A stretch of 64,000 nt of DNA. Source: a virus (Duplodnaviria > Caudoviricetes). Where the stretch lies: IMG/VR virus record IMGVR_UViG_3300009788_000091, positions 1 to 64,000 of that record; one strand, given 5' to 3'. Shown here piece by piece: positions 1-7,855 of the stretch. Below the pieces are notes generated by a model. That model was not told the origin of the DNA. It saw only the letters and a program-made list of their open reading frames with translations, and did not search any database. Both the position numbers and the translations under genes were made by a program. How positions within the stretch are numbered: position 1 is the first letter of the stretch; each line of letters begins with the position of its first letter.

Positions 1-933
1 ATCGTCTTCGTCATCATCATCTTCTGTTTCTTCGTCATCCTCATCATCATCTTCTTCAGATTCTTCGTCATCGTCCTCATCATCATCGTCATCTGAATCA
101 TCTTCATCATCATCGTCATCCGATTCGTCATCGTCATCGTCATCTTCAATTTCATCATCGTCATCACCATCTTCAATTTCATCATCATTGTCATCATCTT
201 TATATGATTCGCCTTCATGTTCAATGATTTCTAAAGCACGTGATTTCAATTTAGAAAATAATTTTTCTAATTTATCATCACTAACTTTAGGCTGAAGTTT
301 ATCAAGATTTGGCAGATTATCAAGTATCTCATCTTCATCAACTAACTCATTTGCAACTAAATTAGCTGGTTTCTTTGAGAACTTCGCTACTTCATATTTT
401 CGTTTCTTACCTTCGCCTTGCGCTTCTACAATCATTGGATAACCCTTATCCAAATCACAAATATCATCAGCGCTGTCACATTCTTCAATTTCAGAAAGTA
501 AAAGTTTATAAGCGACCATTGGCAATTTCATAACTCTGACGCCTTGATCTGGATTCTTCATATCAATTGCATTAACATAAACATCCGTCACCGGCATAAA
601 CAACCGCCAAACCTGTTGCAGTTTCTTCGACTTGTGAGTTTCATATTTTTCTTTTAATTTGAAACCATATTCCATAACCTTATCAATCTCGCCATCTTTA
701 ATCTTTGGAGAACCTACTTGAATAATTGGTCTTTTATTTTTCCAAATTGCATAACTTACAACCCGTTTATAAAGACCACCTTTTTTATAAGGTGGTAAAA
801 TCAAAATCTTATTTTTTCCGGCTTTGAACTTAAACATCTTATCTCGTAGTTTTCCACCTCCAGAAATTTGAGCCTTATCTTCCTGCGCCTGATTTTTCAA
901 TTCATCCATATTTACTGAATGTCTTTTACCCAT
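1..933 (-). CDS. Single-stranded DNA-binding protein, T4 gp32-like, with long acidic C-terminal tail (3' end runs off window)
   Basis: Manual translation from ATG at 933: MGKRHSVNMDELKNQ...FKFKAGKNKILILPPYKKGG...YVNAIDMKNPDQGVRVMKLP...DICDLDKGYPMIVEAQGEGKKRKYEV, then a D/E tract. Matches the gp32-like SSB pattern and sits next to UvsY-like and polymerase genes. Absent from the ORF track because it is truncated. Confidence 0.75.
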   Translation of the reverse strand, partial: MGKRHSVNMDELKNQAQEDKAQISGGGKLRDKMFKFKAGKNKILILPPYKKGGLYKRVVSYAIWKNKRPIIQVGSPKIKDGEIDKVMEYGFKLKEKYETHKSKKLQQVWRLFMPVTDVYVNAIDMKNPDQGVRVMKLPMVAYKLLLSEIEECDSADDICDLDKGYPMIVEAQGEGKKRKYEVAKFSKKPANLVANELVDEDEILDNLPNLDKLQPKVSDDKLEKLFSKLKSRALEIIEHEGESYKDDDNDDEIEDGDDDDEIEDDDDDDESDDDDDEDDSDDDDDEDDDEESEEDDDEDDEETEDDDDEDD

Positions 934-935
934 TT

Positions 936-1448
936 TCAATTACTCCTTTTTTTCTTTTTTCGAATTAAATGATCCGCACTTGATGCTTTTGAACGAACAA
1001 CACCAGCATCAAGTTCTTTCCGCCGCATCAAACCTATGTTTGTTAACTGTTGCCCTTTTTGTGTAATACTATTTACCGCCGCCCAACACACACTATGTTT
1101 CCATTTCGTTTCCAAATACTGATCCACCGCTTCAACAACCATACTATGCGTTCCAATCATTGCTTTTATGTTTGCTTCAGACGGTTTCTTTTTACCTTTA
1201 AACTTCTTTCTGATTGACTTGTCAACCTTTGATTCAATGAGTTTAATACGATTTTCTGCCGTATCCATTTGTAACTCTGCGTCAGATTTTATCATACCGA
1301 TATTGAACACCAATGAACTATTTCTTGCCATCTCACTTGACAATTTTGACCTATTTAGCTTTGCATTATTTTCAAATCCTGAAATTAAATTAGAATATTT
1401 TTCTCTTAATTTTGTTGAATTTAAAATTTTATTTTTTTTCCTTCCCAT
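936..1448 (-). CDS. Recombination mediator, UvsY-like
   Basis: Helical protein with 'KKPSEANIKAMI' and 'AVNSITQKGQQL', as in UvsY-like proteins; lies between polymerase and SSB. Confidence 0.6.
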   Translation of the reverse strand: MGRKKNKILNSTKLREKYSNLISGFENNAKLNRSKLSSEMARNSSLVFNIGMIKSDAELQMDTAENRIKLIESKVDKSIRKKFKGKKKPSEANIKAMIGTHSMVVEAVDQYLETKWKHSVCWAAVNSITQKGQQLTNIGLMRRKELDAGVVRSKASSADHLIRKKKKRSN

Positions 1449-4099
1449 CGATCTTTCACTCCAAAATCTATATCAAGTTTAACTTCATACTTTGTACCTT
1501 CACCCAAAATTCTAGGTAAACAAGCATTTGCATACTTCTCTACTGTTCTCATTTCAGATAAAGGACCATCCACATACAACCCATCATGTAAGGACAGTAT
1601 GATTTTCGATTTCATCTTCTTTCTTCGTAACATTTCATGAAATTTAATCTTTCCACCTAAATAATTTCCACCAGAAACAAATAATTCATTTGCATATCCT
1701 TGAATCGGAAAATTCATAGCTTGCCGATACACAGCTTCTAAATCCATTTCACGCATACGGCATTCCTGGGAATAAACACTTTGAAACCAATCAGCACATG
1801 TAAAACGCCTTTTACGACCTGTTTCTGGTAAAACTAAAAGACCATCAGTACGAGCTATTAATTTTTGATCTTCACGCCATAAATTTAATCTTTTATATTT
1901 ATCAAAATAAATTTGGATCATGTCTTCAACTTCTTCAGTCTCACGATTGAATTCTTCTGCAATACTATAAGCAGTTTTACCATAATTCAATCCAAACCCA
2001 ATAGTCTTTGCCATGACTCGCAATTCTTCATATTCAGCTGTCAAATGAATTTTCTTTTTAATCTGTTTTCTATTCCCTGATATTTTCCAATCATCAGGTG
2101 GTTCATAATTTCGAATCGATATAAATTTCTTCTCAGTCATATTTTCAGGCAATATTCCCAACCGAGTACCAAACATAACAATATTTCTAGAATGGATATC
2201 CACATCATTACGAATCTCTTTAATCATAACTAAATCTTTAGAAAGAAAAGCTACAACTCTCATTTCTAACTGTTTAAAATCGATGATTCCAATTACATTC
2301 TTTTTACTACTTGGAATAAATATTTGCCGCAAATTAATATCATATTTAGGATTTGGCCTGGGAATTTGATGTAGTGCTGGGTCTGAAATGGAAAGTCTAC
2401 CTGTTCTTGGCGTATGGATATTTGATGAACAATGAACAAAATTATTACTATCAGTCCAACTTAACATCCCGCCTTTGCCATCGTTGCCATCCATATAAGT
2501 TGATTTCATTTTAGACAAAGTTCGCATTTCTAAAATTAATAATGGCATCTTTTGATATTTCTTAAATTGTAAAAGTTTTTTCAATGAATCTTCATCAGTT
2601 GACCATAAACCAGTAGGTGTTTGTTTCCCACGTCTATTTCCAAAAGCGCCTTGACCTTCTAAATAATCAGCTAATTGAGTTGGGCTGGCTGGATTAAAAT
2701 CTTTATTTTTGGCAATCTTTTTTGTTTCTTTTACAATGTCTGCGATTTCGAATTGGAACTTCTTAGACATTTTAAGAAGCATTTGAACATCTAATTTCAT
2801 ACCGTGATATTCTATATCAGCCATTACATTAACTAATTTCATTTGTTGTTTATAAAAAAGATCGACCATTCCTTCTTTTTCCAACAATTTTTTTAAAATT
2901 GGTTTTAGCCTCCGAGTACCATCCGCATCTTTCGAAGCATATAAAGCAAGATCTAACGGTGGAATAAATAAATAAGATTTTTTTCTAGCTTTACTTTTAT
3001 TGACATAAATCCAGTTTCCTTTCTCGTAATTAGAATCTTCAATATCATACCATTCAAGACAGAAAGTTAAATTATGTGGCTTGTTTTCATCAATTAAAGA
3101 ATGGGCAATACAAGTATCAAAAGTAAAATTAGAAACTGGAAAACCTGCGGCTCTAGCAAAATTAACATCAAACTTTCCATTATGAGCACTTTTCTTTGCT
3201 TTAGATTTAAAAATCAATTTCATATGTGCTTTCAGTTCTTTTTCGTATTTACTTATAAATGTATTGATCTTTTTGATTTGGTCCAAATTTTTATTAATAT
3301 CTTTTCTAGATCTTCCTTGTTTCTCCATTACTTTTTTAATTTTATCAATATGTTCTTTTGCATATAGATGATGTGGAATAACATAAACCAAACCGGGCTT
3401 CTCACAAAAAACTGACATAATAATTGAATGTTGAAAAAATTTCAATCCAGTTGTCTCAAAGTCGAAAGTAAATGATTTCACATTCATTAATTTCTTTGTG
3501 ACTTTTTTCAAATGATCTAATGTTGTTACAAATTCATATTTTAATTTTTTTCGCTTAGGTATAATTCCTTTTTTTACATAATCTCTCGCACGTTTCAAAT
3601 CATGAATAACTAAATCATCAAATTCCCATTTATGTAAACAACCAGATGGACTATAAGTTGCAATAATCTTTGTTTTAAAATTACGATCAGCTATTTCAAA
3701 ATCTTCAAAAAAACCTCTATTATCCCCGATATTTTTTTCACCAATAAATGTTTCAAGAGCATTATCACCCATTGCCACAATAATTTTTGGTTTAACTCTT
3801 AAAACTTCTTTCATAATATGTTTTTGACAAGCCTTTACATGAATTGCTTTTGGCTTTTTATATTTCGGAGCGCACTTTAAAGCATGACTTAAAAACACAT
3901 TTCTTCGTTTTAATCCAGCTCGTTTCAATAAATATGAAAGTTTCTTACCAACATCCCCACTAAAAGGTTCACCTGATTCATCTTCACTATGACCTGGTGA
4001 TGCTCCAACAATCATAATATCGGCTTCATCATTGCCTACACCGGCCATACAATTCGTATAAGCATTAAAATGTAATTCACAATCAGTACACTTTTTCAT
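1421..4099 (-). CDS. polA: Family A DNA polymerase with N-terminal family-4 uracil-DNA-glycosylase-like domain and 3'-5' exonuclease (SPO1-type architecture)
   Basis: UDG-like N-terminus (CxxC, GASPGHSEDESGEPFSG, KC..C); ExoI FDFET, ExoII HNGKFD, ExoIII YASKD; TGRLS; motif A DFKQLEMR; motif B RVMAKTIGFGLNYG; NFPIQG; motif C LHDG. Confidence 0.95.
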   Translation of the reverse strand: MKKCTDCELHFNAYTNCMAGVGNDEADIMIVGASPGHSEDESGEPFSGDVGKKLSYLLKRAGLKRRNVFLSHALKCAPKYKKPKAIHVKACQKHIMKEVLRVKPKIIVAMGDNALETFIGEKNIGDNRGFFEDFEIADRNFKTKIIATYSPSGCLHKWEFDDLVIHDLKRARDYVKKGIIPKRKKLKYEFVTTLDHLKKVTKKLMNVKSFTFDFETTGLKFFQHSIIMSVFCEKPGLVYVIPHHLYAKEHIDKIKKVMEKQGRSRKDINKNLDQIKKINTFISKYEKELKAHMKLIFKSKAKKSAHNGKFDVNFARAAGFPVSNFTFDTCIAHSLIDENKPHNLTFCLEWYDIEDSNYEKGNWIYVNKSKARKKSYLFIPPLDLALYASKDADGTRRLKPILKKLLEKEGMVDLFYKQQMKLVNVMADIEYHGMKLDVQMLLKMSKKFQFEIADIVKETKKIAKNKDFNPASPTQLADYLEGQGAFGNRRGKQTPTGLWSTDEDSLKKLLQFKKYQKMPLLILEMRTLSKMKSTYMDGNDGKGGMLSWTDSNNFVHCSSNIHTPRTGRLSISDPALHQIPRPNPKYDINLRQIFIPSSKKNVIGIIDFKQLEMRVVAFLSKDLVMIKEIRNDVDIHSRNIVMFGTRLGILPENMTEKKFISIRNYEPPDDWKISGNRKQIKKKIHLTAEYEELRVMAKTIGFGLNYGKTAYSIAEEFNRETEEVEDMIQIYFDKYKRLNLWREDQKLIARTDGLLVLPETGRKRRFTCADWFQSVYSQECRMREMDLEAVYRQAMNFPIQGYANELFVSGGNYLGGKIKFHEMLRRKKMKSKIILSLHDGLYVDGPLSEMRTVEKYANACLPRILGEGTKYEVKLDIDFGVKDRWEGKKIKF

Positions 4100-4356
4100 T
4101 TTTTGTAACTGCCTCTAGCTTTTGACATAGTGTCAAAATCAACAAATTCCCTTGATCGCTTTCTAGCAATACGTTCTCTTTTATCCAAACTTTTTTTTAT
4201 AAATTTAACAGCACGTTGCAATGCTTGTTCTTTTGTCTCTGTTTGACTCACATCGGTACTATATGAAAGATGCAAATCATATGATTCATAATCACCAATA
4301 TTTATTTTCAACCCTTCTGAATACATAACGCGATCACGTTGTTCTAGTTTTTTCAT
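4096..4356 (-). CDS. Hypothetical protein of the replication module
   Basis: 86-aa ORF with GGAGG RBS, overlapping both neighbours (ATGA overlap with the polymerase). Confidence 0.7.
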   Translation of the reverse strand: MKKLEQRDRVMYSEGLKINIGDYESYDLHLSYSTDVSQTETKEQALQRAVKFIKKSLDKRERIARKRSREFVDFDTMSKARGSYKK

Positions 4357-6160
4357 AATTCCTCCGCTGATTTTTCTTTTTCTTTTTTAATTTTTCAATT
4401 TGTAACGCTTTTGAAAAAAAGCTACCAGTTTCATGAAACATTGATCGTTGACCTTCATACGCAATTAAAGCTTTTCCGCCATCTCCCCATCGTCCAGCAA
4501 TTTTTACTTGAACTAAATCTTCAAAATGACCCTGTTTTACTTCATCATCTTCACAAATATCATTTTCATCTTCTTTCAAATCTCGATGAAGCATAATTGC
4601 AATATCCGCATCCTGCCAAATAGAACTTGAATCTTTAAAATCATCTGTATCCATAGCCCTATGCCCAATTTTTCTAGGATGAACAACTAAAACAAAAACA
4701 ATATTTAAAGTTTCAGCCAACAATTTAAACCGTCTGGTAATATTACCCACTTCAGAAGTCACATTTTCATTTCGAACTAAAAAATGTAAATTATCAAAAA
4801 CAACAAATTTTATTCCATACCGTTTAACTGCATTTTTTATATCATCACAAACATTGTCTAAATCTAATTTATCTTGAACTGGGTATCCAAAATAAACATT
4901 GTCTTTTGTCTGGTCATTTGCAAAAAATAATTGCTCCTCGGTGATTTCTTCTGGTTTAGTAAAATCAAAATTTTTATAAGCAATAACTTTTTCACCAAGC
5001 CGTTTTCCACGCATCTCACAACAATAAAGCAAAGTAGGAACATCTTCTTTTGATAAAGAAAGCATCCAGTTTAAAACAAAAGTAGTTTTCCCAATCTTCG
5101 GGGGGGAACTTACAATAACTAAGTAACCCTTTTTTGCACCGCCCATGATTTTATTAACTCTTGACCAAGGAGTTTCAAAACCGTAAATCTCATCTTCATC
5201 CGCTAAAAATAAATCGCTATGAATTTCTTTCAATGTGTCTTTCAAAGACATAATATTTCTAACTTCAAATCGTCTAGCGAGTTGTTTAAGTTTCAAAAAA
5301 TCTTTTAAACTATAATTTTCTTCATGTTTTTCATCATTCCAAAAATATTTATTTACATCTTTAATACTTTTCGGTAATTCAATATTAAAACAACGGTCTA
5401 ATCCCAATCGTTCAGCAATTTTTTTTGCTCCTGCTTGGCCATCAACATCAGAATCAAACACTAAATATATTTTTTTAAATCGTTCAAGCCGTTCATACCA
5501 TTCCTGTTTGAATGAACCAGCTCCCGCTGTAACAGAAACAACATTTTTGATTCCAGAATTATAAAGTGAAACACAATCTAATTCAGCTTCCGTGATGAAA
5601 ATCTCTTTGTGTTCTTTATCGCTTATAATTTCATCATGAAATAATGATGTTTCACCACCTTTAATTCTTCTCCATTTCCATTTTTTATCTTCAAATTTGA
5701 TAGCTCGAAATTTAATATTTACAAGCTGGCCATTTCTCCAAAATGGGATTGAAACAAATTCATAACCAGATTTTTTATTTGAACCCAATTGAAAATGATT
5801 AATAGTCTTTTTTTCAAAACCACGTTCTTTCATTAAATAAGAAAGACATTTTCTTTCTTTCTCGTAAATAAACCGATGATATTTTTCTGCTAAGGTCTGA
5901 TCAATCTTAACAGCTTTCTTTTGTTTTCTTTTTGATGTTTTTAAATTTAATTCAGTAACCGAACGCCCTTCAATCTCTTTCTTAAATGTCCTTAATTTTT
6001 TTCCTTTTCGATCACAATTAAAACAATGCCAAGACCCGGTTTCAATATGGATTCCCAGTCGTTCTGTATTATCCGGGCAAAAAAGACAATTCATCACATA
6101 ATTGTCACCTGATTTTCGGAATTTAATTTTCTTTGATTTTAAATATTCTTTAATAGTCAC
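4334..6160 (-). CDS. Primase-helicase (Zn finger + TOPRIM + DnaB/SF4 helicase; T7 gp4/Twinkle-like)
   Basis: CLFC...HCFNC Zn finger; TEAELD and FDSDVDG TOPRIM motifs; Walker A PPKIGKTT; VVFDNLH; VVHPRK; FKDSSSIWQDAD. Confidence 0.93.
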   Translation of the reverse strand: MTIKEYLKSKKIKFRKSGDNYVMNCLFCPDNTERLGIHIETGSWHCFNCDRKGKKLRTFKKEIEGRSVTELNLKTSKRKQKKAVKIDQTLAEKYHRFIYEKERKCLSYLMKERGFEKKTINHFQLGSNKKSGYEFVSIPFWRNGQLVNIKFRAIKFEDKKWKWRRIKGGETSLFHDEIISDKEHKEIFITEAELDCVSLYNSGIKNVVSVTAGAGSFKQEWYERLERFKKIYLVFDSDVDGQAGAKKIAERLGLDRCFNIELPKSIKDVNKYFWNDEKHEENYSLKDFLKLKQLARRFEVRNIMSLKDTLKEIHSDLFLADEDEIYGFETPWSRVNKIMGGAKKGYLVIVSSPPKIGKTTFVLNWMLSLSKEDVPTLLYCCEMRGKRLGEKVIAYKNFDFTKPEEITEEQLFFANDQTKDNVYFGYPVQDKLDLDNVCDDIKNAVKRYGIKFVVFDNLHFLVRNENVTSEVGNITRRFKLLAETLNIVFVLVVHPRKIGHRAMDTDDFKDSSSIWQDADIAIMLHRDLKEDENDICEDDEVKQGHFEDLVQVKIAGRWGDGGKALIAYEGQRSMFHETGSFFSKALQIEKLKKKKKNQRRNYEKTRTT

Positions 6161-6789
6161 TTTTTTGTTATCTTTTCAAGATGAACGTTTACCCAATTTT
6201 TAATTTTCCCTCGTCTAACCATTTGTAATTTTTTAACGTAAATTGTTTGTCTTAAATTAGCAACACCATCATAAACTTTTTTCGCTGCAAATTGGTATTT
6301 TACATTATTAGATAATGCCATATCTAATTCATCTTGTGGAATAGTGACCTTAATTTCAAAAGCGTCTTCAATTGGGTCACGATCTTCTATATGATTTAAC
6401 AAACGGTCTTCCGCACCGCTACTACACAAATGAGAAACACTTGGAAACGAACCTTTACCTTTATTAGTCCAATTAAGTCCCTCAATTTGAGCATTCAAAA
6501 AAGCCTTAAAATTTTTTACATTATGTCTGTCCATTATAGCAATAGATTTTTTGAAATGGGCGATGTTTTTTGCTGTTGGTAGAATATCGATAATTGATTT
6601 ATTTTTATAAAAAGATTTTTTTAATTTATTATAAAGATTAATTAATTGAATTACTTTAACATCAATTTCATTTTTTTGTTTTCTTTTACGTTTATTTTTC
6701 TTTTTATCAATTAATTCAAGCGTTAAATTAACAATGATTTTTCCATCAATTGTTTTTGAAACAGATTGTTTTTTTAAAATTAAATTCAA
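6157..6789 (-). CDS. Hypothetical protein, possibly a replication initiator or helicase loader
   Basis: 210-aa basic ORF (TTG start after GGGGG RBS) overlapping the primase-helicase start. Confidence 0.6.
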   Translation of the reverse strand: MNLILKKQSVSKTIDGKIIVNLTLELIDKKKNKRKRKQKNEIDVKVIQLINLYNKLKKSFYKNKSIIDILPTAKNIAHFKKSIAIMDRHNVKNFKAFLNAQIEGLNWTNKGKGSFPSVSHLCSSGAEDRLLNHIEDRDPIEDAFEIKVTIPQDELDMALSNNVKYQFAAKKVYDGVANLRQTIYVKKLQMVRRGKIKNWVNVHLEKITKK

Positions 6790-6837
6790 AATCCCCCCAA
6801 AATTTTTTCAATTTCATTTTCATTTTCTTCCTATCGA

Positions 6838-6877
6838 TTTATATTGACTTCAAAAATTAATCTGAAGCCAATATAAA
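6838..6877. terminator. Intergenic stem-loop
   Basis: TTTATATTGACTTCA...TGAAGCCAATATAAA inverted repeat between genes; no clear U-tract. Confidence 0.35.
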
Positions 6878-6904
6878 TGATAAGAGAGAACAGTTTAAGG
6901 GAAC

Positions 6905-7855
6905 TTAGTTCTTCTTTTTCTTCTTCTTTTTAGATTTTTTATCTTTCGATTTTACCAATTTTTTTACAATCCAAGATGTAAGTGCTTTTGAATCACCAAT
7001 ACCAATTGGGCGGCTTGATCCTAAAATTCCTGCAATCATTAATTTCTCAGCATATTTTAATTTATTAAGCCTTTTTGGTTTCTTTCTTAAACTAGGTATC
7101 AATTTTTCTAATTCAGCACGACGTTTTTCTTTTTCTTCTTTCTTTTTAGCAGACTTACTTTTTTTCTTTTTTTGTTTTGCTTGTTTTTTAGCTTCACCTA
7201 AAGGCTCATCTTCTTCATCATCTTCAAAATCACCATCTTCGTCATCATCCGATTCTTCTTCACCATCAGATTCTTCATCATCATCTGAATCATCATCTTC
7301 TGATTCTTCGTCGTCACCTTCTTCATCCTCATCGTCATCTTCTTCATCATCGTCTTCATCAGAATCATCCTGATTTTCTTTCTCATCTTCTTCGTCATCT
7401 TCGGATTCATCATCTTCCACATTATCATCAGAATCTTCGTCGGAATCATCATCATCTGAATCATCATCATCTGAATCATCATCATCTGAATCATCATCAT
7501 CTGAATCATCATCTGATTCTTCTTCATCTGAATCTTCTTTATCATCGGATTCTTCTTCATCATCAGAATCTTCTTCAACTTCTTCTTCATCTTCTTTTAA
7601 ATTTAATCCACAATATGGGCAATTATCAAATTCATGACAAACATTCGAACCGCATCGCGGACAACCGCCCCATTCTTCCGAATCTTCACCCAAACTTTTA
7701 ATTGTCTCACTAATTTTGCCTTTTAAAACGGCAAGAGATAAACCTTGTTGTGAAATTTGTAATATAAACTCTGCAAGATTAAAATTATCACCTTTACCAA
7801 CTTTAATTTTATGAATTTTACAAAATGCTTTTAATCCTTTAAATTCATCAGTCAT
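6905..7855 (-). CDS. Zn-ribbon protein with very long acidic tract and Lys-rich C-terminus
   Basis: CPRC...CPYC, then roughly 130 residues almost entirely D/E/S, then a basic tail. Confidence 0.8.
   Translation of the reverse strand: MTDEFKGLKAFCKIHKIKVGKGDNFNLAEFILQISQQGLSLAVLKGKISETIKSLGEDSEEWGGCPRCGSNVCHEFDNCPYCGLNLKEDEEEVEEDSDDEEESDDKEDSDEEESDDDSDDDDSDDDDSDDDDSDDDDSDEDSDDNVEDDESEDDEEDEKENQDDSDEDDDEEDDDEDEEGDDEESEDDDSDDDEESDGEEESDDDEDGDFEDDEEDEPLGEAKKQAKQKKKKSKSAKKKEEKEKRRAELEKLIPSLRKKPKRLNKLKYAEKLMIAGILGSSRPIGIGDSKALTSWIVKKLVKSKDKKSKKKKKKKN
7443..7515 (+). repeat. 15-bp coding tandem repeat (GAATCATCATCATCT) x4 plus partial copy, encoding DDDDS
   Basis: Directly visible in the acidic-tract gene. 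Confidence 0.85.

Noticed and set aside
1421-4099. DpoZ / modified-base (Z, hmU or U) genome
   Set aside because: No purZ, dATPase or hmU synthesis genes in this window and a dUTPase is present; cannot be excluded for the rest of the genome
7198-7590. Met-rich 130-aa ORF (MMMIQ repeats)
   Set aside because: Alternate-frame shadow of the GAT/GAA-rich acidic tract gene
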